56,736 bases of DNA, taken from Octopus sinensis (lineage: Eukaryota). The stretch's first letter is position 1. Every line of letters begins with the position of its first letter. A program made the position numbers and the translations under genes. Below are positions 24,215 to 36,277 of the stretch, piece after piece. The notes beneath the pieces were generated by a model. That model was not told where the DNA came from and did no database searches. It saw only the letters and a list, made by a program, of their open reading frames with translations. The stretch spans positions 1 to 56,736 of the forward strand of contig NW_021833674.1 of assembly GCF_006345805.1 (NCBI RefSeq), written 5' to 3'.

Positions 24215-24495
24215 TATTATATCTATATGTATATATATATATATAATTATAACAATGAGGTCTTTGCAAGAAGTTGCTAGACCACATACCGAAAGTTTTA
24301 GAAAAGCAGCCAGAGGACTGCTATTTCCTTTTACTACAAAATATGTCTCCACCAACAATAGTATTTGTAACTCATTATATGGCAAAAAAGAAGAAAAATA
24401 ACGAATTTACCGAATATGGTCCTTTTCCATACCGAAATACTACGAGGTGAAATTTGTTGATTTTATTAAATTAATTATATTTCACCCTTTATCTG
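23915..24495. mobile_element. Two related ~245 bp modules separated and flanked by (TA)n
   Basis: Both carry CCACATACCGAA...AGAAAWAG near the start and an AT-rich ...TTTA/CACCCTTT end. The same motifs occur at 54741-55195. Confidence 0.6.
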
Positions 24496-24498
24496 TAT

Positions 24499-24547
<49 letters not shown>

Positions 24548-24574
24548 TATATATAATATATATTATATATATAT

Positions 24575-24606
<32 letters not shown>

Positions 24607-25249
24607 ATATATATTATATATATATATATATATACATACATATATATATATATAATATATATATATATATACAGACATATATATACATATATATATATAC
24701 ACACATATATATACATATATATATATATAATCTTATATATGCATGTGTGTGTGTGTGTCTGTGTGTGTCTGTGTGTGTATGAGTTTTCCTACATGACTAC
24801 ACATATTTATGTATATTTAGCTACTCATGTTTGAACTGTACTTATATATTCGTGTCTATATTTGCAAGGATTTACGTGTATTTTTAGTGCGAGTCTATGA
24901 TTATATTTGTGATTTCTGAAGATTGCAGACGGCGAGAAGTGAAAATGCAGTCTTTAATTTTAAAATGTTATTTAAAATTGAATATGAAAATGATGGAACC
25001 TGTTGATTGATTTTATTACGATCGAACGATCGCAATCATTTCGCACACAAGGAACATGTCACAGCCGTTCAAAATACCTCAGTGTCGATAATTCGGAAAC
25101 ACAAGTGGTAACTCAGCCACAAAATGGAAGGAAAAGTATATAAATATAAATTAATGTTGGATTTTAGTAGTTGATATAAATGGAACTCAAAAATGCTTAT
25201 AGTAACTAATAAACTGTAATGAAACTAAATTAAAAATTATTGTGCACAC

Positions 25250-25520
25250 ATACAGAAACACGCATAAACACACACACAAACACAGACGCATATACACATA
25301 TACACACGCACAGACACACAAACACACACATAGACACACTCGCTTGCTCGTACATACAGGTACTCACACGCACAAACCACTGACACACACACAGACAAGC
25401 ACTGACTTACTGACATAGAAGCACACTCACTCACTCACACACATACACACTCATTCATTCACACACACATACACAAACACACTCACTCACACACACACAC
25501 AAACTCACACTTATACAGAC
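25250..25520. repeat. Degenerate (CA)n/(CACT)n
   Basis: Directly visible. Confidence 0.85.
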
Positions 25521-26021
25521 ATGTCTGAAATCACGAGAGTTTAGAATCTTCGAGAAAACTTAAGAGGTGTCCTTTTTGGAAAGAGGAAACTCGAAGGAAA
25601 TCAAGTCATAAATAACAGCGTACATGTTTAAAAATTCCTTTGTAGAGAAAAAAAGTCGAAAGCTGCCCGGGAGACAAAACCCCCACATTCAGAAACATAA
25701 CAGACGTTCCGCCATTTGACCAAAGTAACTATTCAAATTTTTCTATCTCAGAAGCTGCATTCTTACCAGCGACAATTATATATTGTTTACATTATGAGAA
25801 TTTATGAAATGGGGGACAGTGGGATAGAATACTTTTTTGGAACAGTGAACATCGAAGCGAGTAAAGCTATAAGTAATTAAACAAAGGTATGTATTAAATC
25901 ATTATTTAATGGAATAATATTTGGTTGAAAGAAAATCTTTTGGATAGAAAATGTCGAATGTTGTTTAGAGAATTTCGAGTTTCAAATTTCATCGCTTCCA
26001 GTTCCGTTGAATACATTTATA

Positions 26022-26602
26022 TTGGGTTGTCAGGAAAGTTCGTACCGATATATACTAGCTTACCTTTCGACTTATTTTAGAACATGGTGGAGTCCATGAA
26101 ATAGGATTTGACTACACCTCCATTTAGAGCACAGTTTAAGCTATCTTTTCGTGGAAGAAGGTTTATGTTTCTATAACCTGTGTTAATTCTGTAACCCTTT
26201 AAAATGGCAGATAAGAAAGTTCATTTTCGGCACTTGTCTGTATTTAGCCTTTCATCCTTTCGGGAAGTTGCAAATTGTTGCAGCTCGGCTGGGATGTGTT
26301 ACCCCACCCTCCAAATTCACCAGATATTGCTCCTTCGGATTTCCACTTACTCAGGTCTCTGCAGAATAGTCTTCATGGTAAAAATTTCAATTCCTTTGAT
26401 GACGTAAAAAGGTACCTTGATGAATTCTTTGCCATGAAACCACCTCGATTCTGGGAAGAGGGGATTTTCAAGTTAAAGGAAAGATGGAGACACATTGAGC
26501 AACAAAATGGTTTATATTTGGTTGATTAAAAATGTAATGGCAAGTATTTATTGACCCTTTTCTCTCCTTTAAAAATCGGCAGAAACTTTCTGGACAACCC
26601 AA
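26022..26602 (+). mobile_element. Internally deleted mariner element
   Basis: TA TSDs (26020-21, 26603-04); TIRs TTGGGTTGTCAGGAAAGTT / AACTTTCTGGACAACCCAA. The N-terminus MADKKVHFRHL is joined directly to the C-terminus. Confidence 0.92.
26272..26529 (+). pseudogene. Mariner transposase C-terminal remnant
   Basis: LQLGWDVLPHPPNSPDIAPSDFHLLRSLQNSLHGKNF...GIFKLKERW...NGLYLVD* contains the YSPDLAPSD-type motif carrying the third catalytic Asp. Confidence 0.9.
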
Positions 26603-26759
26603 TACCTTAGTATGTATGCTTCTCGCTTTCGCCCGCTCTCTTCCCTTCACCCTCTCTTTCTTTCACTCATTCACTCACTCACTCGCACACACACACACAC
26701 ACTCACACACACAAACACACTCATTCACACACACACACACATATAGATGTATACATACT

Positions 26760-26975
26760 CGAGGAGGTGTTGAAAAGTTCGTGGATTTGGGAAAAACAAA
26801 ATACCAAAGAAATAGTTAATGACGATTTTATTTAATATTTTCCCCTCTGAAATCCACACACTTACTTATTGCAATGGTCCTTTAGTTTTTCTAAGCCCTG
26901 TAACTCGGAAAGTTGGGCTTCCAACCAGGCCTTTCACGACACTCTTAAAACCAGGAACTGTTCAGCACCCCTGTG
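26760..26975. mobile_element. Short mariner-type MITE
   Basis: Ends CGAGGAGGTGTTGAAAAGTTCGTGG and CCAGGAACTGTTCAGCACCCCTGTG are imperfect inverted repeats. Confidence 0.65.
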
Positions 26976-26988
26976 TGCGTGTGCGTGT

Positions 26989-27032
<44 letters not shown>

Positions 27033-27839
27033 TGTGTGAATGCTAATTGTGGAGTCTTTCGGGATTTTTGCGATTTTAATTACCCCAGCCCCTGAAATGT
27101 CCTTATCGTATTGAAATGTCCGACTTTTAAAAATGTTGTGTATAATAAAATATAATAAAATAAAGAAATCGTAAATAGAAGAGAAAAGATAGAATGATTA
27201 AAATGTTCATATTTTAACCAATTTTTTAAAAATATCCAACGAGAATGCAGAAGAAAAATTATGTCCCCCCCCCCCAAAAAAAATAAAACGTTAAAGAAAG
27301 AGTTAGAAAAATCATTCCTCATTGCAAAATAGTGCAGAATGGAACATATGAGTATATTGCACCAGACCAATCTTAACTTATTTTTGTAGAATTGCCAGGC
27401 AACAAACTGTGAGAAAAGATAGTAAAAATTTACAATAGCGGAGTGTTATTTGAGAGTAATATATACAGACACATACGCGCCCGCACATGCACTCACACAC
27501 ACAAGCACACATACATACACCACCACCATCACCACCACCACCACAACTACCAACAACAACAACAACAATATGAAGGAGAAATGAAATATAAAGTATAAGC
27601 AACAGTGGCTAAGTCGGCCTGCTTCAAAATCAGCGACACAAACAGAGCGAAAAGCAGATTTTATAAAAATATTTGTTTCCATTAAGCAAATACGTGATAA
27701 CAACTCTTGAGATCCAAAATTTTCCGAAAATGACCAAGAAATCTGAAGCACAAGTGATGGTATTTGTTGTTCTAAAAATGATGCAGAAATCAAAAAGAAA
27801 AAAATAAATAACTTGGATTTCAATTACAAAATCTGTAAA

Positions 27840-27859
27840 AATAATAATAATAATAATAA

Positions 27860-27918
<59 letters not shown>

Positions 27919-27941
27919 TGTTATTATTATTATTATTATTA

Positions 27942-27980
<39 letters not shown>

Positions 27981-28062
27981 CATCATCATTATTATTATTA
28001 TTATTATTTTTAATATTATTATTATTATCATCATCATCATCATCATTATTATTATTATTATT

Positions 28063-28109
<47 letters not shown>

Positions 28110-28126
28110 TATTATTATTATTATTC
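27840..28126. repeat. (AAT)n switching to (ATT)n/(ATC)n
   Basis: Directly visible; polarity switch near 27904. Confidence 0.95.
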
Positions 28127-28613
28127 CGTAGTTTTATTTTTATAGCGTGCTTTCACTTCACTACCGAGCGCAGCTCTGTGTGCCTTGGGTATGTGCCGTG
28201 ATTTGTTGTGATCCTCTGATGATTATTGTATTGAAAGTGTTCTGCGTAGGATGTGTGCAGTGCCTAGTAGTGCAATTTTATGTATGTTGTATGTGTTTGT
28301 AAGTCCTGGTGTTTTTGTTATGTATTTGTCTGAATATTTTTTTATCATGCCTAATGCACCTACTATGGTAGGAATTATTTCTGTTTTTAGATTCCACATT
28401 CTGGTTACCTCTATTTCCAGGTCTTTGTATTTGAGAGTTTCTCCATTTCTTTTAGAGACACGTTGTCATCTGCTGGTATTGATACATCAATTAGAAAGCA
28501 TTTTTTTTTCTTGGTGATCTCTGACAACTATATCTGGTCTATTGCCCTTAATTTCTCCATCTGTGTGTATCGGCATATCCCAGAGTATGGTTGCTTTCTC
28601 GTTTTCTGTGACC
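28127..28613 (-). mobile_element. Dong/R4-clade retrotransposon 3' fragment with restriction-like endonuclease domain
   Basis: Minus strand reads, with frameshifts, VTENEKATILWDMPIHTDGEIK.NRPDIVVRD...CFLIDVSIPADDNV...KYKDLEIEVTRMWNLKTEIIPTIVGALGMIKK...HKIALLGTAHILRRTLSIQ* (PD..D..K RLE). The 3' UTR runs into (TAA)n. Confidence 0.9.
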
Positions 28614-28864
28614 TAGTCGAACAAACACTTCCGCGCATGCGTAATACAATAATGATGATGTTACTAACTGTTATATGGGAATGTAAATATATTTGCAAAT
28701 TGTTTTTGTTACATGTTATTCTGTGTTCTGAATACTTTTATTTTTTCATGACTTCATTGCTTTCAGGCTTAGCTTAAGGTATTTTTGCACCCGACATCAC
28801 AAAATGCGTCTGACAGCAAATAGAGACTCGGACATTGCTTAGAAAATATTTTTCATTGTTAACC

Positions 28865-28941
28865 TCTTATATAGTACGCACTAAGGATTTTGACCGTTAA
28901 ATTTTTGGGGGAAAATGCGGATTATACTCGAGGATTTACGG
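28865..28941 (-). mobile_element. Solo Tc1/pogo(Tc2)-like terminus
   Basis: Reverse complement TA|CCGTAAATCCTCGAGTATAATCCGCA, with a subterminal repeat (TATAGTACGCAC). No matching second end seen. Confidence 0.45.
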
Positions 28942-29454
28942 TAACTTCACTCCATTGAGCTAGGGAATAATTCCGATAATCTAAACACCATTCGTTCTCA
29001 CTATTAATATTACTATACGTCATAAGACGTTTAGCCAATGTAGGTTTTCTTTGGTGTCCATGTTTTATTAAACTGACGACGAACAGGTTCCGTTGACAAG
29101 GAATTGGTAACGTTGTGGTAAAGCTCTGCTGTCGATTATGCTGCCGTTCGTAATTCGATGCTCTTTAGGCATTATGCCTGTTCAGTATTTTGTGGTCCTT
29201 CTCTGTGAGCTTTACCCACCGTCCAGAATGCTACCTTGTTTTCGGAATGCCAAAAGGAATTTTGAGACATTGGTAGGTGTCCCGGAATTACCATAGAAGA
29301 AACTAATCTAGAGTAAGTTTCATTGGACTGAACCCAAAACCGCGTAGTTGCAAAGCAGGCTTCTTAGCCGTGAAGAAATGATAACTTTTACTATGCAAAG
29401 TTCTAATAGCTTCGATCACCTCCAGCATATTATAATACCTTTGAGCTGGACGGG

Positions 29455-29680
29455 GAAATGGATGTGCGTTGTTCAGTGGTTAGGATGTTGGACTCATGAT
29501 CGTAAGGTTGTGTTTTCGATTTCTGAAACATGCGCCGCGCTGTGTTCGTGAGCAAAACACTTCATTTCACGTTACTCCTATTCATTCAGTTGGCAAACAT
29601 GAGTAATCCTAAGAGAGGCAAGCGTCCTGTACAGTCAGAGAATATATGCACCATGGAAACCGCGAAACTGGCCCCATGTG
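29455..29680 (+). mobile_element. Degraded SINE family C
   Basis: GTTCAGTGGTTAGGATGTTGGACTCATGATCGTAAG...TTCGATT...GAGCAAAACACTTCATTTCACGTT. Confidence 0.75.
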
Positions 29681-30458
29681 CCTATATTACCCGGGGTAGA
29701 TCCAAAATCCTTATAGCCATGGCTATCGTATCTTATTTTCAAGAACCGTTTACGCCGATCGACAATATTCAAAGCGAATATATTTTTTAAATCCATTGAG
29801 GTATAGTTTAATCGAGATTTGGCTGCTATATCTAGCAGGCTAGATGATCGTGTAGGAGCTCCTTTGTAAACTTATATGTTCGGTGTCAAATTACTTACGG
29901 CAGAGATCTATGAATTTGAAGCTTGCTACAGTAAGATATTGAGATTTGATTACAACACTTTGCGAGGTGTTAAGAAATTAATTATCCACGGAAACTAATT
30001 AACTCAGAACCCGTGTTAAGAACATAGGAGAACATTGAAAGTAAATAAACAGAGTATCTTTAAATGCTATCGATTTTAGCCTGTTGTTAGAACGAAAACA
30101 AATTATGTGTTATTCTATTGCAGTTGCACAATATTCAACCAGTGTTTAGAACTGAATGCAAATCCTTGCGCATTCAAATTACAACCGAGAATTAAATGTT
30201 ATTTGCTACCACCACCACCACCATCACCGCCACCATCGGGTTTCGTTTGGTATTATACGCATTTGAATAACTGAGAAATTTACAAGGTGTACATCCGTGC
30301 TGAGATTGATTCGAGCAGTTCTCATTCTTTCTTGATAGCAACACTCTACAAAGCGGTAACTATATAGCTGTTTTCCCTACCATCACCCGAGTAATCAGAG
30401 ACAGAAGGAGATGTTAACCATGAAGAGGTCATCGTTGGAGAAGCAAGGATGAAATACC

Positions 30459-30690
30459 TATTTCTTTATTACACACAAGGGGCTAAACATAGAGGGGACA
30501 AACAAGGACAGACAAAGGGATTAAGTCGATTACATCGACCCCAGTGCGTAACTGGTACTTAATTTATCGACCGCGAAAGGATGAAAGGCAAAGTCGACCT
30601 CGGCGGAATTTGAACTGAGAACGTAGCGGCAGACGAAATACCGCTAAGCATTTCGCCCGGCGTGCTAACGATTCTGCCAGCTCGCCGCCT
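30459..30690 (-). mobile_element. SINE family A monomer with TSD
   Basis: Near-consensus copy flanked by ATGAAATACC (30449-30458 and 30693-30702). Confidence 0.92.
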
Positions 30691-30707
30691 TAATGAAATA
30701 CCACGAA

Positions 30708-30875
30708 ATCTCCTTCTCTGGTAACCAACACATGGGCATATTAGACAAAGAAGAGCACGTGTCAATCAACTTGTGGAAGATACAAGATTTCAAGTTGAGG
30801 ATCTGAAGAAGGTTATGGAAGATCGGGCTATCTAGGATGGAAAACTTGCATTCTGCGGGATCGCCACTCGACCGG
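30708..30875 (+). mobile_element. Degraded RTE-like LINE 3' fragment
   Basis: LLLW*PTHGHIRQRR...NQLVEDTRFQVEDLKKVMEDRAI* resembles the RTE/RTEX C-terminus. Confidence 0.55.
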
Positions 30876-31164
30876 AAACATATACGAGAACAAAACTAAC
30901 TTGAATCAACCATGTTACTACTTGTCTCTTCCAAGGTGGCTTAGGATAGAACATAAAGAAGAGGTTTTTTTTCGTAGCTTTGAGATAATATTTCAAAGAC
31001 ACATTCAGACAGCAAGTGTTTCAGTGGGAAAAACAGACTCGGGTTAACAGTGGAATGGGTATAATTATTAAAAACTACTCAACGGTTACGTATTGAGTTC
31101 TATAAGCTATCGATTCTGGTGCATCGACAAAAATATCCCACTTCTTCTCTCGCTCTCTCTCCTC

Positions 31165-31233
<69 letters not shown>

Positions 31234-31376
31234 ACATATATATATATCATCATATATATGATATATATATATATATATAATACATATATATATATATATA
31301 TATATACTTATATATATATATATATATATAATACATACATATATATATATCTATACATACATACACACAGACACAC

Positions 31377-31411
<35 letters not shown>

Positions 31412-31520
31412 AGTATGTGTATGTATGTAAGTATGTATGTATGTATGTATATATATATGAATATATACATACATACATGCATACATACATACAAACAAAC
31501 ATACATATGTATACATATAC
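31165..31520. repeat. (TA)n/(TATG)n microsatellite
   Basis: Directly visible. Confidence 0.95.
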
Positions 31521-32209
31521 AGAAATAAATATGCTGTTCATTTTCTTCAATTAACAAGGTTAATGCAGCGTACAATATAATTTATATAAACTACGAGGGA
31601 AGCTCGTAAATTTCTGTTGTAAGGGAAACAACTGCTACACTTTCTGCAGAGTTATTTCCCATACATTTAAAAAATCACTCTTCATGATGGTTTCTCTTTT
31701 TGTTTTTTCCATTGTAACGCGAGTGTCGGAAATTTGCTCCTCATCCAGAAACGGATAACACGAGAAACTTACAATTAAAGGCGCTTCGGAACGGTGACCA
31801 TCACATCTTTTTTTTTGTTTATTGTATTAAAATAAACAATATTTCATTTTCTACCCCTTTTTTTTTCTTTTGAAGTATTACGAAGGTTGCTATTTCCAGC
31901 AGATCGATTCAGAACAGAGATTTAAGTGTAAACATCTTAGCACACAGAAAACTGAATCAATTAGCATGTATCGACCCCCACCCTACGCTATTTATTCATT
32001 ATTTTATTTATTTATTTATCTATTTTTCACAATTATTGTTTATCGTTTTATAATTATTTTTTCTATATTTTTACATGTTTCGAGTCATTGGAATGCGGCC
32101 ATGCTGTGGCACATTCTCCTAAGTATCTTTAAGTACTGTTGGGTAAAATAACCAACAAACCAACAACGGTTGTCAGTCGCGGTTGAGTGCAGATGACAAA
32201 TAACAAAAC

Positions 32210-32448
32210 CCATACATATATGCATACAAACATACATACATACATACATACATACATACATACATACATACATAAATACATACGTACATAAAAACATACG
32301 TACATAAACACATACAAACATAGATACATACATACTTGCGTATATATATACATGCATACATACATACATACATACATACATACATACATACATACATACA
32401 TACATACATACATACATACATACATACATACATACATACATACATACT
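32210..32448. repeat. (CATA)n microsatellite
   Basis: Directly visible. Confidence 0.95.
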
Positions 32449-32733
32449 AACAGGAAAAATATCAGTGGACTTTCGAAGTGAAACAAGACATACACTAATA
32501 CGTCGCCATAGTGCAGCTCACCTATTACGCGCTCTGTGCCTCGCGGATTTTTCTGGCTAATATATGTAAATTTATATCGCGGAATCCTCAGTATATAGCG
32601 GGTTTCTGCGGCCCATAAGTATTTATATTTTTTTTATTTTAATTATTTCTGTGGGAAGATTAGGAACGTAGCACACGCGTTAGTCGAGGGATCACTGTAT
32701 GTCAGTTCTACAGAAATTTTAGGGAAGACCTAT

Positions 32734-33034
32734 TGTTTCATTCTTTAAAAGGAACAGTTGTTTGTTCCTTCTCGAGCCACGCCTGGCTCATAAGGGCCGG
32801 TTTCCCGGTTTTTTTGGCGTATAAATTCCCCAGGTGAGCTGCAAGATGCAGGAGGAAAGAGGGAGAGAAAGTTGTGGCGAAAGAGTCAGCAGAAGTTTGA
32901 CATTACCTTCTGCCGGAGCCGCATGGAACTTAGGTGTTCGCTCACAAACACACACATCGCCTGGTTTGAGATTCGAACCCGCGATCCCTCGACCGCGCGT
33001 TCGCTGCTCTAACCACTAGGCCATGTGCCTCCAC
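32734..33034 (-). mobile_element. SINE family C subfamily with 13-bp TSD
   Basis: Head TGTGGAGGCACATGGCCTAGTGGTTAGAGCAGCG...GGGTTCGAATC on the minus strand; TSD AGGGAAGACCTAT at 32721-32733 and 33035-33047. Confidence 0.9.
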
Positions 33035-33394
33035 AGGGAAGACCTATAGATGGGTTATATGAACAGTCGGGAATAATAGTGGGATAAGAAATACCCAACC
33101 TTCTGAATTTTTCGGAAAAATAATTTTGCCCACAAGCTCCATTTGGCTTCGAATCAGATTAACAGAAAAATAGATCTAGGTCGATAATTTCAGGAAGCTA
33201 CAAGCATGGACGAGTGGTTAAGAAGTTTTCGTAGTGACCACGTGGTTTGAGGTTCAGTCTCATTCTGCGACCCCTATGCCTTTTCTTAGATTACAAATGC
33301 TGATTACATGATGGAGATATATATATATATAAATGTATGACAAATCCATCATTGAAACCTGTGCACGATGGTTATTTAAATAAATCCTTTGAAG

Positions 33395-33438
<44 letters not shown>

Positions 33439-33585
33439 TGTGTCTGTGTGCGTGTGGTGCTGCTTCTGCTTGCCTCCCCGAAGGCTTGACAACCTTTGAT
33501 GGTTTGCCGGCATCTCAGTAACTTAGGGGTTCTGCAAAAGAATTGGATAGAATAAGTGACAGACTTTCGCAAAAAAATTGTACAC

Positions 33586-33772
33586 AGGCGTAGGAGTGGC
33601 TGTGTGGTAAGTAGCTTGTTTACCAACAACATGGTTCCAGGTTCAGTTCCGCTGCGTTGCATCTTGGGCAAGTGTCTTCTGCTATAGCCTCAGGTCAACC
33701 AAAGCCTTGTGATTGGAGTTGGTAGACGGAAAATGAAAGAAGCCCTCGTATATATGTATATATATATAATAT

Positions 33773-33805
<33 letters not shown>

Positions 33806-34018
33806 ATGTTTGTGTGTCTGTGTTCCCCTCCCCCCAACATTGCTTGACAACCGATGCTGGTGTGTTTACGTCCCCGTAACTTAGCCGTTCGGCAAAAGAG
33901 ACCGATAGAATAAGTGATAAGCTTACAAAGAATAAGTCCTGGGGTCGATTTCCTCGACTAAAGGCGGTGCTCCAGCATTGCCACAGTCTAATGACTGAAA
34001 CAAGTAAAAGAGTAAAAG
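33586..34018 (+). mobile_element. SINE family B
   Basis: Full-length copy; degraded extra B fragments flank it (33200-33570, 34020-34110). Confidence 0.9.
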
Positions 34019-34368
34019 GGTATAGGTTGATTTACTCGACTAAACACATGGAAAAAAATGCTCCAGCATTGTCGCAGTCCGTTGATCGAAACAAGTAAAT
34101 GTTAAAAGATTGCAGAATAAAGATTAAAGGAAATCATTATTAGAACGACATGGAAATGGCTTTGCTATTATGAAGATTGGTTTGGAATAATGGTGAACAA
34201 GTCTTTGATTTGACTAATAATTACATTTCTTCTTCTTTCGAACGTCTCTTAAGACGTACAAATATTACATAACTACGCTTCGTCACTCTGGCTTTTGATC
34301 TGCCATAGACACATCTCTTCATTTGATGTACTTCTTTTACTTCACCCTTTAATATACATCTTCATTAA

Positions 34369-34635
34369 GACGGCGAGGTGGCAGAAACGTTAGCAAGCAG
34401 GGTGAAATGCTTAGCGGTATTTCGTCTGTCGTTACGTTCTGAGTTCAAATTCCGCCGAGGTCGACCTTGCCTTTCGTCCTTTCGGGGTCGATAAATTAAT
34501 TACCAGTTACGGACTGAGATCGATATAATCGACTTAATCCGTTTGTCAGCCCTTGTTTGTCCTCTCTGTGTTTAGCCCCTTGTGGGTAGTAAAGAAATAG
34601 GTATTTTGTCTGCCGTTACGTTCTGAGTTCAAATT

Positions 34636-34636
<1 letters not shown>
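34369..34636 (+). mobile_element. SINE family A plus the start of a second unit
   Basis: Full unit, then AAAGAAATAG|GTATTTTGTCTGCCGTTACGTTCTGAGTTCAAATTC, truncated by (TA)n. Confidence 0.88.
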
Positions 34637-34714
<78 letters not shown>

Positions 34715-35189
34715 TAATATATATGTATTATACACGCAACACACTCACCGAAAAACTGGTGTTGGTAGGATATTCCTTAGACTAGTAGATAAGCATGTTA
34801 TACAATTACCTAAGTACAGACGCCTATTCAACTGGCAGAACCTAAAAGTCCTTTTTAGCTGCGACCCCAATATTAAGAGTATTTTAGTTAACACCCCTGG
34901 GCCTCGAGCAGAAGCAGGATGCTCATGCAGGGGCTACTGCAGATGACCAGTAGGAGGCCAATGCAAAACCGAGGTGGTCGTATATGAAGCTGGGGGTGGT
35001 ATCCGACTCAAATAGCAACAGCAGCAGCTTATTCACTAGCTATGGCAGTAACAGGAATGACAGTAATAATAACAACGGCAACAACTTTAGCGGAAAGCAC
35101 AGCAGGTCAAACGATAATAATGATAATAATAATATCAACGGCTACATCAAGCACTATTAAATCTGGTACAAAACACAAATTTTCAGTGA

Positions 35190-35566
35190 GTTGAGAAGTT
35201 GAGCACCTTTTCAAACTCTACCCGTCTAACACCCGTGGACATGTTTACAAAGTCAGAAAACAGCACAGCTCCCATGACTTCAGGAAACATTTTTTCACGC
35301 TGAGAGTTGCTGAAGCATGGAACAAACTGCCGGCATCAGTTGTTAGTTGTCGGAGCATTGCATCCTTCAAAACTTCCATGCTTCCTGAGATTCGCCAACA
35401 CTACACCTGATTTTCTCCCCTACATACACACGCAAGCATGCTTCTGATTCATACATTGTTCACTTTCCAGATATTTGCACATTACTGCATATGCTTTATA
35501 TGCACTTTCTGACAAGTTGTGGTGCACCTGAGCACTGTATACAATAATTTCATTATTATTATTATT
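35190..35566 (+). mobile_element. CR1-type LINE 3' fragment nested in the Penelope element
   Basis: VEHLFKLYPSNTRGHVYKVRKQHSSHDFRKHFFTLRVAEAWNKLPASVVSCRSIASFK...*, then a 3' UTR and (ATT)n tail. Confidence 0.88.
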
Positions 35567-36218
35567 ACTACAGCGCTAGTAACAGCTTCAACAATGACGA
35601 TGTTTATAGTAGCACGAACAGAGACAACAACAGCAACAACAACAACTGCACTGGCATTACATCTGTCAACGATGATGTCCCCTACACCAGCATGAACGAC
35701 GCCATCACCATCACCGACACCAACAACACCAGAACCAACAACGCCAGCACCAGCAACAGTAGCAGCAACAACGTCAACAGAAGCAGCATTCGAAAATACA
35801 CCGGACGTTCCGGAAACACTCTCAAGTAGCACTTCTTCAACCACAAATCCTCGTTTAGAATGCCGGAGAGACGTTACGTCACGTCACGTCTTTAGCTAGC
35901 CACGTGTGACGCTTGAATGACGAAGGGTCTCCACATGTAATCACATTGAAGATCTTAGAAAAGCCGAGTTCCTACATTAACGGGAGTAAACGTTTCCAGC
36001 TGTGCATAGCGCAACAGGCGAGGATATCAAACAACTCCCTCGATCCGGGGAACATATTAAATTCCAGAAGTTTTCAGGCTCTGCAAGCTGACTGGATAGA
36101 TTCTGGACAGCGGTCTAACTGGAGCTTGATCTTTCTTCTTTGTTTTTATATTGAAAAACTAGCCACGCGATCTTCTCTCCCTCCACATCGAAGGGAACTT
36201 ATGGGTCGCGGGCTATTA

Positions 36219-36277
36219 GGGTCTGACGAGAGGCATGTAAATCCAAGCGCTTAATGAACGCGAAAATCTGGATAACC
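36219..36277 (+). ncRNA. Hammerhead-like motif in the Penelope 3' pLTR
   Basis: GGT-CTGACGA-(G...CGC)-GAAA-ATC-TG-GAT-A-ACC, with stem I GGT/ACC and stem III ATC/GAT. Stem II is imperfect. Position downstream of the ORF is as expected for PLEs. Confidence 0.5.

Noticed and set aside
29040-29270. Possible decayed LINE fragment on the minus strand
   Set aside because: Only vague similarity; no diagnostic motif could be read.
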